A DNA stretch of 64,000 nt. Source: Octopus vulgaris (Eukaryota). The stretch is from the NCBI GenBank assembly GCA_951406725.2, contig OX597814.1, positions 120,590,001 to 120,654,000 on the forward strand, read 5' to 3'. Shown here piece after piece: positions 13,898 to 28,249 of this stretch. The translations under genes were made by a program, and so were the position numbers. Positions within the stretch are counted from its first letter, which is position 1, and every line of letters begins with the position of its first letter. The notes below the pieces were generated by a model. It did no database searches, was not told where the DNA came from, and worked only from the letters and a program-made list of their open reading frames with translations.

Positions 13898-15979
13898 TAT
13901 ATATACATATATATACACATGCCTATATATACTTGGTATTCATTGTCTTTTTACATTATAGCCATTTGTTGTATATCTTTTTGAAGTCTAATAATATGTA
14001 ACAGGTAGATTTACATGCTCTTCAAATGTAAAGTTAGAATGGAAGAAAGGATAATACAAATTCGATAACTACGCTTTTATCTAAACCTTATGGGAGCTGT
14101 AGAAATACTATGAATTTTTTTGAAAAAAGAGAAAAACCGATAAAAATGTAAATATACAGATATAAAAATATTTAATTAAAGAATCAAACTGGAAAAATAC
14201 TCCAGTACACAACAATAGGACATGGAATAGAGGTAAGGTGTACGTTGTAGGTTAGTGTTACTGAAAGGAGAACATTTTAAATTTAGATATAATAAATATT
14301 AAAGTTGCCTATATTATTACAATTCCAGTCGAGTGATACTAGTGAGGGAGGTAGAAGCGTCTTCAACAAAATTCAAATTCGCCTAACATCATCACTGTAT
14401 GCCCAATACAGGAACTGAAAACAAAATATCTGATATGATTGGCCCGTTAAGCTTATAGTTGGTACACACAGACAAAATTATTATTCTCCCTTCACGAAAC
14501 ATATTTACCATTCTAATACTATTATTTTAAAATATTAAATATGATTATTTTAAAAATGATTTTGTTCTATGGGACTCAAATTAAAAAGCTAAAAAATGCT
14601 ATTCTTTCATCTAATATTCCTTAATTCAGCTGTTCGACCAATATATTTACATCTAAAGGCAACTGCAATTGTACCAGGACTTCTCCATGTTAACTCAATT
14701 ATAACGAGCTGATAAAAGACACTGTTCACCAAAGTAATCACTGCCATCTTTACAACCAATTAAAGCAGCCTTATTGTCAAACCCTGTCAAATGTGATATA
14801 GCCAGCGCAGAGTTTCTGTCCTACGTGTCACTGGAGGAAATAACATTCCTCTTTCATATTTAGCAACGGAAAACTAAGAAAATATTATACACAGTAAAAC
14901 GTGAGAAAGCTAAACTCAGCAGTGCTAAGAAGACTTGTTGAATGTGTTCTTAACATTTCTTAGAGTTCAGATAAGCCAAAGTTACTCTAATGCAGATGTG
15001 TTCCTAAACGTTTTCATGTAGCTCTACTTCTTTTAAAAATATGAACAGACTTCAAATCGATCCTTAGCGTTGATGACATTCAAGTTTCTAATACTACTTC
15101 AATGCATCTTCTTTCTTCACAATACTACTTCAACAACCGCAACGCAAGACCACTTTACGAACCTAAGCTTACAGTTATCTCTATGATAAACATTTCACAA
15201 AGAAACATATTCCTAAACATCAGTCAGTATCTTACAAATTAAAACATTTTTCCACTTGCAGTTCTTGCGCTATATCAACCACTATACAACTACACACTCA
15301 TAATATTTGTTTAATATGAGTTATGCAATTTTCCTATATATCTGCCAATGGTGTTCATTTTACTTCCGACATTTTACTTTGCCAATTCAGATCTACATAT
15401 CCATTTTCCCTCATTTTCCGTTTTTCATATTTAGTCATTTACCTTTGCTCGTGTATCGTATTTCAGTCACTTTATACTTCCTTTTTTAGTCGCATATTTC
15501 ATTTTATTTTCCTTATCAATATACTTTCAATTTCGTTTTTATTCTACACTTGTTTATCTATTACTATCTAATTTCTACCCATTTTCTTATTCTGTGCTTG
15601 CTTAACTGTTTCCATTACAATTTATTTTCTTTCTTCATCAAGAACACAACCGTCTAGCACATTTATAGGTTACAACATTGCTTAAAGTATAGCTTATAGT
15701 ATTTGCTTATACAAATCTCTATCCGTCATTTTCGTTATTTACTTTACTCTGGTGGCTTTTCCTTTGTCCTCTCCTGATCCTCACTAGTGTTTCAACGATT
15801 CAGTTCACTATAAGCCACGAAATTTGTACAGCCATTCCTAAGCATCACAATTATACACATCAATCTATAATATAATTGGAGAAACGTGTTTAAACCATCA
15901 AATGTCCAAATTTTCATAGAAATTTTAATGAGTTTCAGAGGAATAGATGATAATATCAAAGTAAATGTTCGGCGAAGAG

Positions 15980-16632
15980 CATAAGAAATGTACATTATTG
16001 AAAGTTCAGTCATATTGAGTTTTTATAGAGCAACTGAAGAAGAGAAAGAGGAAACATTTTTTTTTACAATTTCTGTTGTGGTGCGGGTAATAATTTTGTT
16101 TTTCAACTTCCGTCTTAGTGTAACAGTTTCTTCACATTTGCCGGCTTTTCTGGAATCGGAAGATATTTTGTGAATATATATGTCTTCAATGGAAAGGATT
16201 TGATTTCTGATTGCTGTAAGTTTCAAGACGTCACTTTATTTTGATGGAAAATATTGTCTGTTTCAGACAACCAGTTTTTGTTTCAGTCAGGTTCTGCTTG
16301 GGTGACTTTCCTCTACATAGTCGGTAATTAGTTTCGGTTGGTAGGTTCCTTTAAGAAGCTACAGTCGTATTTTTTCTTAATGGTTGTGCATTTCTGATTG
16401 GAGGGAAATTTTCATTGGTCTTGTCCGAGTAGACGTCAGCAACTGGTGTTTCAGAAGATGTATGGTATTATTGTATAGTAATTTGAAGTGGAGAGGAATC
16501 GAATCTCCGGATGAGCCTATTAAATATTTCGAGTTATATCCGTTATCTCTGGTCGCTTTTCGTGGAAAAAGTGAGTTTATTCTTCTTTCCACTTTTATTA
16601 TAGGATATTAGTTATATCACTTCCCAGATCCA
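15980..16632 (-). pseudogene. Possible degenerate Penelope-like GIY-YIG C-terminus and 3' region
   Basis: Minus-strand reading IWEVI*LISYNKSGK...SKYLIG resembles PLE endonuclease C-terminal motifs; heavily decayed. Confidence 0.3.
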
Positions 16633-16842
16633 CATTTTCACACCTACACATACACACACGCACACGTCAAGATCACCAGTCCTCTTCCACACGCACACGT
16701 CAAGATCACCAGTCCTCTTGCACACGCACATACAAACTCTCTTATACACACGCACGCGCACCCTCGTTTTGGGATCACCGCTACTTTATTATCTCCCCTT
16801 CTCCCTAGCTCTCCTGTGTGACCCTTCTGTTCGGCATTCACC

Positions 16843-17030
16843 ATGATAGATCGCTAGCCACTACACATTATTTATTTTCTCTCGTTGTTTCTTCCTGTGT
16901 TCCTTTCTGTGGAAGAGCGTAGGCTCGAAACGTTAAATACTTATTCAATTCCCGAGCGTTATATTAATATATCTGTTTGTTGTCTACACTACCTGTCTTC
17001 GTCATTTGCTTTTTTTGTGAATTCTCTCCA
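16843..17030 (+). mobile_element. Short A6U-HHR repeat family, copy 3 (motif 16904-16937)
   Basis: TTT-CTGTGGA-A-GAGC gtag GCTC-GAAAC GTT-AAA; ends at (TA)n. Confidence 0.75.
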
Positions 17031-17887
17031 TATATATATATATATATATATGCATATATATGCAGAACTCAGTTAATATCTCAGATCTGGTGGCACTTGC
17101 TACATCATTAAGTGTTAAAGTGTTAAATATCTAAATTCATATAAAAGGGAAAGAAGTATTATATTCGCACTCTCACACAATAACTAGTCGTGAGCATACA
17201 ACTGCTTTCTTAACTTTGCTGGGTTTATTGATATTTTTTCAAATTTCTTTTGTGCACCTTAGTCTTATTTGAAAATAATTATTTACAAATACTATGTTAT
17301 TTGATAAACAAGAGAAATCAAGTTTAGTACAATATAGAATAGAAGCCAGTAACGTGGTTACCCATTATATTATAGAAAATGTATTACACATGCTCGAAGA
17401 CAAGTCCTTGAGTAATAATTGCAAGTGCATCATTTTGCTTGCATGCGAGCTTCCACAATTATTTGACCATAATATTGCTCTTATTATCCCTAATAATTTA
17501 ACAATTTCTTCTTTGTTACTCTCACTTCGATTATAAACATTTTGTAATTTGAATGAATGTAATGTCAGCACATAGGCTAAGTCAAAATAAAACCGATTTT
17601 GTTTCCAATATTTGATTATAGTTACGAAAAATGTTTCGACCAGATATGGAACCAGCATATCAACATCCCTTTCTACAGTAATTCTCTTTCAGTACGAGCC
17701 TATTGAGAGTTTTTCGAGCTACTAATAAATGTTTATGCATTTGTTCTTGTGAAAAAAAAATTCTCTGGTCTCGGATTTGAATTTTGAATGTACATCTTAC
17801 CTCACATAATCAATAATAATTAACATTAGCATCGAGTATTGGGTATGCCTTCTTCCTCTCAGCACACACATGGGGCGCAAACAGATG

Positions 17888-17921
<34 letters not shown>

Positions 17922-17924
17922 CAT

Positions 17925-17969
<45 letters not shown>

Positions 17970-18080
17970 TATATATATATAAAAATATGTATATATATAT
18001 GTATGTATTTATATATATATATGTGTGTGTATATATTCAGATATATATACATATGCACATATATATGTGTATACACACGC

Positions 18081-18120
<40 letters not shown>

Positions 18121-18449
18121 TCACTATCAGTGTATGAAGTACATTTAGCATCAGTTTTCACTAATTTCTAATAGTCAAATTTATGTAGATTCTATAGCGA
18201 TAGGAATTTTGACTACTAGGTTTTCACGTCAGCAGGTGCGTGCCAATTTCCGTTTTTGTAATGAAATGGATGTAGAATTTATCATCCAAAATTTAAACGT
18301 GGAAGAGCTTAGATTACCACGTCTGAACCATTGTGTTATATTTTATTAGTGTTTTTTTTTTCCTTTGCATTTGTTTTAGCATAATATTGTTTGTTTCGTT
18401 ATCGCTTATTTTTACGAAGAATTTTATGCAGTAGCAATGTATTATTTCC

Positions 18450-18800
18450 GAATATTTCTTTGATTCTATTTTGTTGTCTCTGGCATACTAAATTGTGAAT
18501 GCAGGTTATTGTAAATGCATGGCGAACCTAGAAGACAATGCTGCACAAGGCCAACGTAGGAGCTGGTGTCATGAAGTGTATAACTCACAATAATATTTGT
18601 ACATTAGATTGGTAATTTGTCGTTCGTTATCCAATATATATGCTTGTGGTTTGATATCAATTAAGGGTTTCTGCTTTTGATGTTTTTTTGTAATATACTA
18701 TTAGTTTTTGTTTATAGTCTGGTGTGATAAATTTTGCATTTCCTTTTATGAAGTTTTTGACTGTCTGTTCGACAGTGGTTCAGCTTTTGATTCATATAAT
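18450..18800 (-). pseudogene. Possible decayed Penelope-like RT fragment
   Basis: Frameshifted remnants loosely resembling PLE RT motifs (KPL..YI.D; AP.Y..L). Confidence 0.25.
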
Positions 18801-19659
18801 AAATTTTATGTGCAATTTATGTAGTTTTAATGGGTGAACTCTCTGAGGTATATATGACATTATATTTGCGGATGTAGTCCTCTATAGATCGGTTACTATA
18901 CCGTGTCTATCGTCTATATATCTATGATTTATTCTGTTAATTTCTCTCTCATGTATATGCACGAGAATTTGAATGTTCTTCCAAATAGCAATTTTATCTC
19001 TGACCTGTTTGTAGATGCGTGATTATCCACTGTCTCCATCTATGCGCTTATTTCCTTCTTTGGTGTACTCTGATATTTCTTACCTGTGTTTTTCTAAATA
19101 TAGTTCTGAATTTTGTCTAAATCGGAATTCTCTTTGTATTATTCGGGATCATATATCTTAGCAAGTAATTTAGTTTCTCAAACTGTGTAATGTATCCATT
19201 ACAACTACTATATCGACTATGCCTCTGCTGTATGTGATATATTTATGTTTGATATTAATGTTTACAAATGCGGATAGACACAGATCCTAAGGGGAAAATA
19301 TCTGAATTCCTCATCTGTATAAGTTAAATAAGAAGTAGCGAAAGGGTACTTCAGTTGTGTACGATATTCTTTCATTCTTTTTGTTATTATATTCGTTTCA
19401 GGCATGGAGCTATGGTCATACTGGAGTACCATATAAGTGGTGTTCTTTCAATGTTTTTTCTAGTAAGTATACTTACTTAATATGTCCCTCAGTAATGCCA
19501 CTGGAACGTTGGTAAACACGCTTTCTACACTGGAATTGGTAACTATGTTATCAAGTTTCTCATTTATATGTAGAAACTCCTCATCTGATATTCTATGGCA
19601 TTTTCAGATGAATACTCATTACCAAAACTGCAAAATGATGCTAAAACAAGCACACACAA

Positions 19660-19980
19660 CACAGAAAATAAACATATGACTTCTGTCACAGAAGCTTAAC
19701 GTTAAACATATCTGGAAAGTAAAGCCGACATAATTCTGACAAGTACAACATCAACAGTCTCATCACGGAGCTCAACAAAGAAATATATTCATAAAAGTAT
19801 TCCAACTATGTTTAAATACATTTGGGAGACAAAGTTAGGCAACAATGTCTACAGAAATTATTCTCACGTCACATAGCAGCAGTAATACACAGGTATTTCA
19901 TCTAAACTGGCTTTGCCCTCAATGACCTCACGCTAAGACGCACAAAAGTAGAAAATATCTCGTACCATATAAATGTTTCC
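19660..19980 (+). pseudogene. Decayed Penelope-like GIY-YIG endonuclease fragment
   Basis: Reads TYLES (YIG-like) then KSIPTMFKYIWETK, matching the T.LSKYIWELK motif of PLE endonucleases. Confidence 0.45.
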
Positions 19981-20337
19981 CGGATGGATATCTCCAGCAA
20001 ATCCCAGATAAACCACCTGCTCTCAAATATATCTCTTCACACAGTATCTAAGATTATACGTAAAATGTCTTTCTTTTGCCAGGTGTTACTATTAAATTGT
20101 CTTGGCCTGAGCCAATCGTGGCCGAATTTAATCTAAGCTTTTGTACGTGTATATGTAGTAGGTCCTGTGGGAGTGTGTTTATTGTGTGTTTTTGTGTGGG
20201 CGTGGGCGTGTTTGCGTGTGTATTTAAGAAGAAAGGCATACGTATATAGTTTTACTTATGTTTTAAATAAATAGATTTTTGTACACATATATATGTGTCT
20301 AACTGTGTATATATATAAATATATATGTATATATTTC

Positions 20338-20536
20338 GCCATGATTCATCGCTAGACACTAAACATTCTATATTTTCTCTCTCTGCTTATTTCTGTGTTC
20401 CTTTCTATTGAAGAGCTTAGGCTCGAAACGTAAAAGACTTTCTCACTTCCCGAGCGTTAGACTAATACATCTGCTTGTTGTTTAAACAACCATCTTCGTC
20501 TGTTATTTGCTTTTGTTTTTGTAAATTCCAACTATT

Positions 20537-20537
<1 letters not shown>
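20338..20537 (+). mobile_element. Short A6U-HHR repeat family, copy 4 (motif 20401-20436)
   Basis: CTTT-CTATTGA-A-GAGC ttag GCTC-GAAAC GTA-AAAG; ends at (TA)n. Confidence 0.75.
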
Positions 20538-20568
<31 letters not shown>

Positions 20569-21506
20569 CAAGAACTGTTAGCCAAAATTTCTTCCCCATT
20601 GCCCCAAATATATTACTATGAAGATCATATTCCTTCTTAGTTATTTATGGCCGTTCGAATCATAATAACTTCATTTACGTATATGCGGAAGAGAAAACGT
20701 TATTTTAAATTAAAATAAATACCACAACATGTATCAACTTCAAAAAAGTAATATAGCGTAAGGAAATAAGAAAATTTTCTAATTTGGATAAATATAACCG
20801 GGTTTGCAAATATTTTCTTCTTTTCTATTGGTGGATTTTTATTTATTTTGCAAAGAAATTTAAGAAAGGATTCACAGATTTATGTTTGCTGTCAACTCCA
20901 AGTAAGCGATCATGACATATATCTTATACGTGAAATGTGCATCCAATTATCTTTAATCATAGTAGAAATATCATCATCCTGTTTTATTTTTTAGCACACT
21001 GAATAAGAATTTTTTGAAAATTTTATTTTCCATTGGTATTATCATACAAGCTTGCATCCCACTCAGACTAATGTAAATCTCTGCGAAGTATAACATGAGC
21101 AAAATACGATAGATATCCCTGAGACCAATACGGATACTTATAGAAAAGACAGGTAGAACGAAAATGTCTATATTTTGTAAATATACCCATTTAACAAGAC
21201 ATCGGTCTAAGTAATTGCGTGCTATGTTCTATGACCCCAACCAGAACTGTAAATGCGAATGGGTAACAGCAACGCTTGCTACATTTCTACCACTCTTTAT
21301 TGCACCCGTTTTACTCTTTTTGTTCTTTTATTCGTTTCAGCCACTGAGCTCCGGTCATGCTGAAGTACCATATAAGTAGTGTTATTTCAATGTTTTACTC
21401 TCTCACACAGTTTAACCTCTCTTTTATTTACTCGATTTCACAGTTTATTTAGTTCTCTACTGATCTTCATTGTATATGTATGTATGAATGCGCGGGTACA
21501 TATTCA

Positions 21507-21596
<90 letters not shown>

Positions 21597-21639
21597 CTTC
21601 TCTATCCATCTGTGTGTGTGTAATATTTTCTATTATCCT

Positions 21640-21818
21640 TTTATTTTCTCGGCCATGAGGGAGCAACGCTTTTAGTCGAACAACTCGACACCAGGACTTA
21701 CTCTCTGTAAGCCTGGTACTAATAGCATCGGTTCTTTTTGCCGAACTGTTAATTTACGGGAATGTAAACGAACCAACATCGGATGTCAAGCGATATTGGG
21801 GGGGACACAGACACACAG

Positions 21819-21859
<41 letters not shown>

Positions 21860-21979
21860 CGACCGGATTCTTTTAGTTTCTGTCTACCAAATCCGTTCAT
21901 ATCAATTTGGTCAGCCCGAGGCTACAGTAGACGACACTTGCCCAAGTTACCGCGCAGTGGGACTGAACTTGGAACCATG
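21640..21979 (-). mobile_element. SINE family B with internal (CA)n(TA)n
   Basis: Matches 48032-48469 and 60285-60719. Confidence 0.8.
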
Positions 21980-22219
21980 AAAAGAAAATATATTTCAATT
22001 ACGTACTTTGAATAAGTAATGTTTTTAATTATATTAAAATGATTAGTATATTAGTTTATTCATGTTATTGTTTTTGCTTCTTTTTTAACTTCTATTCATT
22101 CCACAGAATTTCTCTTACCCTCTTCTTCGGCATTTTATACTTTTTCCTCTACCTCCTTTTCTTTCTTTTCTTCCTCTTCTTTCTTTACCTTTAATATTAT
22201 TACCTTTCACGCTTTCTTT

Positions 22220-22272
<53 letters not shown>

Positions 22273-22330
22273 GCCTTTGTTATTTTTATTGTTGTTAATA
22301 ACAATATAATTATAGATATTTATGTACTAT

Positions 22331-22405
22331 GTGGAAGCGCAATGGCCCAGTGGTTAGGTTAGCGGACTCGCGGTCGTAGGATCGCGGTTTCGATTCTGAG
22401 TCAGA
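22331..22405 (+). mobile_element. SINE family C head (tRNA-like), truncated
   Basis: gtggaagcgcaatggcccagtggttagg...ggtttcgattc matches 31179. Confidence 0.7.
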
Positions 22406-23924
22406 CAATATAGTATTATAAGGATTCTACTAATTTCAGTTGGATTCTCTCTTGAATAGCATGACAAACTCCGAAACAAATACTCCAATGCCCCAGCTTT
22501 TATGGTTCTGAGGGAAATTAAGCAAGAGTAGAGGATGTAGTACGACCTGCATTGTGGCAAGACCAGTAACCAGCGTCAAAATGCCTGTTTCCAGTAAGTC
22601 CGTTCAATAGTTGAAACAAGCGATGAATACAATCGGAAAAAATACATTAAAATAGGTTGGGAATAGTTCAGAATTGTTAGAATCAATAAATAACGAAGTG
22701 TACACATGATCTCAGCTATCATCAGAAATTCGTAAGTTTCAATATTTAAAAAATATTTCTAAAATCCGAAATTTTTGAATACTCACATGACACATTGCGA
22801 ACAGAAAATTACAATACTGTTTTAGTTACATTTACCTACAATCAAATAAGGTTTTTCTCACTATTTTTCCATTATTTTTGCCATAATAACCTCTCATCTT
22901 CGTGGTTTTATCTTAGTTTTATGAATTTATAGCGAATTCTATATTTTTCATATTTTTGTAAATACTTGTTTACACATTCGTATTTTCCTATCCATAAATG
23001 TGCCTACAATCATATTTTGCACAATTTTTCACCATACATTATTTTAATTCATATTATATTATTCATATCTTCATTTTTATGTTACCAGTCTGTGCGTTTA
23101 GATGTTTTAGCGAGTAACCAGATTTAACGATTTTAGCCAGAAGAATGGTCGAAGTTCATTAAAAATGAGATACAAGCCGGGCTTTAAATTATATTGAAAA
23201 CCATTCACGAAAAGAGGAAACTGCACTCTTTTTTTGTCTTTGATCTGGAGAAAATTTTTAAATAATCCTACTCGGTTTGCAACAGATTTGTATATCATCT
23301 ATTTTTAACTGCTTTCGATAACACCAAATGCATTTAATTTTCATAGGCATTTGTGAGCCGGATGAGGAAGTAGATTAAATTTATTTTATGGTGTACTACA
23401 CATGCACACTAAACGTATTTTTGCTTTGGAAGTACTTTAACTATCCATTCTCGTAATATATATGTGTGTGTGTGTTTTGGACTATGTGTGTGTATGTGCG
23501 TATTTGTGCGCATGCATGTGTGTCTGTGTAAGAGTGTATATTTATATATAGGTATACTTACACGCATGTATATATCTGTTTATATGTATTTATATGAAAA
23601 AATTTGTGTATGTATGCATCTATGTATCTGTCAATCTACTTATCTATCTGTCTATCTACTTGCGCTAGTTTGTCTATAGTACTACTTGGTAGGAAAACTG
23701 TTCCTCCCTTTCTGATATTAATTGTGCTTTTAAAACAGTAATTTAATAAGAGATATTATCTCAGGACAAATATTGCACTAACTGGTCTATCAATACGGTG
23801 TATACATTAAGTACGTTATATAGATGGCTGTTTTAATTCAATACTGCTTCGATTGCGTATAGGGAATTTCAGTATAAGACAATATACTTTTACTTTTCGA
23901 TCCTCTAACTTTAATTTTTTTATT

Positions 23925-24075
23925 CGTTTCAGTCAGGCTGCAGCAGCACCTTAAATGGTTTTCGTGGAAGTGAGCGACCCCTAGATTTATTATTTGAAAG
24001 CCAAGTCCCTGTCTAATCCCTCTCGTGGTTGAACTAATAAATTACGAGGATATAAATACACCAGCGTCGATTGTC
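23925..24075 (-). mobile_element. SINE family B tail, degenerate
   Basis: gtttcagtc..gcagcacc..gacccc..ttacgagga.ataaatacaccagcgtcg similarity to family B. Confidence 0.55.
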
Positions 24076-24159
24076 AACACACACTCATAAGTACACACAC
24101 ATATACACACACACACACAAACACACACGCATATGTATATATGTATACATATATATGTA

Positions 24160-24204
<45 letters not shown>

Positions 24205-24311
24205 TCGGGGTGAGTACTTGATAATTATAAGCACCTGTGTATACCGTTTAGTGGTGTAGGTGGTGGAGTAAATTGATCAAAATAAAATAAAAACATGATG
24301 CGAAGGATTCA

Positions 24312-24389
24312 GCGGTACATATGTTTCGGGCCTTTATTAGACAGATTTATAACAATGCATAATGTATGTCTGTGGCCTTCTTCAGCCGC
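24312..24389 (-). ncRNA. Type I hammerhead ribozyme with extended stem II
   Basis: Reverse complement of 25554-25631. Confidence 0.75.
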
Positions 24390-25553
24390 GCACAACAGCT
24401 TCCACAAGGACATGTGTTACATCAAAAATTCTTGGTTGGGGATGCAAATCCTCTCATTCACGTACGACATAATGCGGCAGCAGCATAGAATTGAAGCGTC
24501 CATCTCTTTCTTCTCTCAATGTAGAATGAGGAAAATTGGATGTTGAGGTAATGTAAATAAATAAATACATATATAGAGGTGAAGATGGAGGGGCGAGAGT
24601 TCGGGACGAGGGATAAAAAATGTATAAAAAATGTAAGTATAGAATAATATAAAAATGTAGAAGATAAAGATATAAAGAGTTGTAAGGAGATGTAAAGGGG
24701 GTATAAAGAAATATAAAGAAATATAAATAAATATAAAGGCATAAGGTTATAAAGTAAAAATAGAAATAGAAATAAAAGTAAAAAAACCTGATAAAAACAT
24801 GATAAAAGTGTAAAAGAATGTAAAGATAAGGGATGTGTAGAGGTTACGGGCCAAGCATGGTGGTCAGGAGATTGATAAAATTTAGTTGTAGAATTGTCAG
24901 TAAATCAACAGTTTCGTCTGGGGACCTAATGCGTTGTAAATCAGAGCTGATGAGCATTTAATCTGGTTCCTTGAATTAAATGGACTTCTAGTACATACAT
25001 ATCATCATGGATACATACACCCACATACACGCGTACATATACGCCTCCAAGCTTATAAGCATACACACGCACTCGCGTGTAAACACGTACATAAACACAC
25101 ACGCACCCACACGCACGCGCGTACACACACATACATACAACAACAGAATATCCGCATGTATACACGGACATTATACGCGTACACACTCACATGTATATAC
25201 GCGCGCCCATCACTACATACACACACGCATATGCCCACGCGTCCAGGTCTAGGTATAAGATATTAAAGGATGTGTATAAGAACGTATGTAAAGAATCCCG
25301 TACTCATGTCTATACGTGCAAGCACACACGGCTGTGTGTCCGTATGTGCGTGCACATATACACTCACATACAGAGACACATGCGCACATGGGTATAGCTA
25401 TAAGATATTTTCCTCATTCTACATTGAGAGAAGAAAGAGATGGACGCTTCAATTCTATGCTGCTGCCGCATTATGTCGTACGTGAATGAGAGGATTTGCA
25501 TCCCCAACCAAGAATTTTTGATGTAACACATGTCCTTGTGGAAGCTGTTGTGC

Positions 25554-25631
25554 GCGGCTGAAGAAGGCCACAGACATACATTATGCATTGTTATAAATCT
25601 GTCTAATAAAGGCCCGAAACATATGTACCGC
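25554..25631 (+). ncRNA. Type I hammerhead ribozyme with extended stem II
   Basis: GCGG-CTGAAGA-AGGCC...GGCCC-GAAAC ATAT GTA-CCGC: canonical core, palindromic ACATATGT stem III, GUA triplet, A.C mismatch at base of stem II. Confidence 0.8.
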
Positions 25632-25669
25632 TGAATCCTTCGCATCATGTTTTTATTTTATTTTGATCA

Positions 25670-25714
<45 letters not shown>

Positions 25715-25749
25715 GTTATACGCTGTGTTTACTTCATGAATGGATTGTT

Positions 25750-26545
25750 TAATGCAGGGAAATATTGATTCAAAGCAGTTATTAGCTAGGAACTGGCAAG
25801 TATCTTGTTGTTGGTGATGACCCTGAGTATACTCTGAAGGTTGCGCAGATGGAAGGCATTCAGGCGGAGCTCTTGCCTCGCTTAAAGGCTCCAGGTCCCA
25901 CCGCCGTATAGCGAGGTGCTGATGGCACACACTTTATAGACTGTGTGAACTTGTTGGATCTCGCCACCGTGCCGTTTAACCAAACTTCTTGGGCTGGTTT
26001 GGCGAAGACCGAAGCTGCTAACCCGATTCTTCTGTTCAGCCCCAGGTCGAGTGTGAAGTCATCCGTAATTGCTGAGCCAAGGTACGTAAACTCACGGACC
26101 ACATCATATGGGTGGGTGTCGATGGTATTGACGGTGGGATCCGAGACGCCGTGGCCCATTACCATGATCTTCTGTTGGTTGATTATTAAGCTGAAGGCAC
26201 AGCACGCCCGGTTGAGATTGTCCGTCATTGTTTGCAGTTGCAGTTCTGAATGAGCTACTAGAGCCGCCTCGTCGGAAATAGCGTTTCCCTGCGGATTATG
26301 ATCTTCACATTGAGTCTTGCCAGATTGATTATTTTACCGTCCGTCCTTGTGTGGAGGCAAATGCCGTCGATTTGCGTACCAAATGCATACTTAGGCATAA
26401 TACCGAATTAGATGTTGGACAAGGTAGGAGAAAGCATGCATCCTTGTTTTACTCTACGTCGAACAACAAAGGGTTCTGAGATGTTTCCGTTGAATTGTAC
26501 TGTGGCCTTCATGTACAAATGGAAAAGTTCAAGGAGGCAGAGCAG
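25750..26545 (-). mobile_element. RTE-clade LINE RT remnant
   Basis: VKQGCMLSPTL near 26420-26460 and LIINQQKIMVM...VVREFTYLGSAITDDFTLD..LNRRIGLAASVF..VW in ORF 25860-26228. Confidence 0.85.
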
Positions 26546-26591
26546 TCGAGGAGGACACATACATACATATGTATATATTCATATAATACAT

Positions 26592-26628
<37 letters not shown>

Positions 26629-26725
26629 ATTTAAAAATAGGATAAAATCTTCATAAGAAATTATCAAGTAGTTAGCATGAAAAACCTCATATGAGAAAAG
26701 AAATTTGCGATTTTTTTCTCTTATG

Positions 26726-26765
<40 letters not shown>

Positions 26766-27818
26766 ATAGTGTGCAGACCATATGGGGTCTATATTTAGCA
26801 TAACGGGTATCCACCTAGCGGTCATCCCACACGTGTATGTAATATAATTTTCAATATGCTAGGACACTGATTTAAATTGATATTAATCGAATTCATATAA
26901 ATGTTTTACCCTTATTATTGAAATTTATATATATATTTCAGAATGTGACCGCGTATGTGTTGGCGATTTTTCCCACGTCTTCCCTTTCGATGATTGCCTA
27001 CATGGTAACCACACCGATAATGAGTGTTTTTTTTTAAAAATCCGTTATAAGCATTTACGTCAAAAATGGACAGTAGGAGGAAGTAAAAATAGGTAGGGGA
27101 CAGTATGTTTGCTGTATGTATGGAAATGTGTAGGTGTGTGCTTGTGTTAATGAGTGCAAGTGTTTGTGTGTGTGTATATAACTGCATTTGTGTCTGTGTG
27201 TGTGATTGTGTGTGTGAGAGAGAGACATACGTCAAAGATACGTAGTAGTAATGGAATATTTCTGTCTGTGTGTGATTGTGTGTGTGAGAGAGAAAAATAC
27301 GTCAAAGATATGTAGTAGTAAGGTAATATATAAAGGAGTAATAGGTAGGGAAGGGGAAGTGAACGTTGATTGAAAGAATGTACGGAGGCTTAGGAAAGAA
27401 TTTCTCTATGGCAGTGGTGTGGACATGAAGCTAATTGTTAAAACCATAGTGGCTATCTTTATCATTCCTTTGAGTAGAAAGTGTGTTTCTGCCAATGTTT
27501 ACATTTGTTAGATTTTTCTATGAGTGTGTTTACTAGGGGAACCTAAGCGAAAAGAATATAGAAGAGCTCAGAGTTACAAATGTTACAAAATCTTCTGCCC
27601 TTATCAAAAGGAAAGGATACAGACAATATGAACCAATCCAACTTGAAAGTTATATTGTTGTCTTTAAGACGCCAAACTAATTTCCACACAAGAACCCGGA
27701 GTTTCTACCCTTGACAGGTCGCTTCAACCGTGTTTTCTGACGTGAATTTGCTACCCAGGTTTCGTTTAAAAGAATTTTCCATGCTGACGATAAACATAGG
27801 ATAATTCATTCACCTACT

Positions 27819-27875
<57 letters not shown>

Positions 27876-28201
27876 ACATATAAATACATAATTTCGTACA
27901 TATATACACACAGACGTATGCGTCTATACATAGATATGCATCTACCTACATACGCGTTTAAATTATGCACATTCGTATACTCATAATTAATTACATGTGT
28001 GTGTGTGTGTGCATACATCTACGTAAGTATAAGGAAATTATATATATTTGATTTAGTTGTATGTAAAAATTATTATAAGTGGGGAGGGAAATATTTTAGT
28101 GTAATTAAATTATAAGAATGCAGGTGTACATATAAAGAGGCACGTATGAATTTAAATTGTGTATATACACATACACACATATACACCCATAAACACTATA
28201 C

Positions 28202-28243
<42 letters not shown>

Positions 28244-28249
28244 ATGTTT

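Larger units (their letters stand above)
24199..25674 (-). mobile_element. Penelope-like insertion: 3' part of the element plus a 268-bp inverted copy
   Basis: Inverted repeat 24269-24536 / 25407-25674 with no mismatch noticed; (TA)n at both ends; HHR in each arm; LEVHLIQGTRLNAHQL* (ending 24941) resembles a GIY-YIG C-terminus. Confidence 0.8.

Noticed and set aside
15748-15830. GTGGCTT...AAGCCAC-GAAA helix resembling HHR stem II
   Set aside because: Core CUGANGA and stem I are absent
24947-24960. Isolated CTGATGA matches (also near 11765)
   Set aside because: No stem II plus GAAA plus UH plus stem I arrangement follows
26684-26729. Short hairpin ACCTCATATGAGAAAA / TTTTCTCTTATGAGGT next to (TA)n
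   Set aside because: Possibly a tiny PLE-type inversion, but too short to assign
16655-27323. Small local duplications (32 bp x2 near 16655-16720, ~70 bp x2 near 27192-27323; also ~26 bp x2 near 41378-41437)
   Set aside because: Ordinary slippage duplications with no further structure
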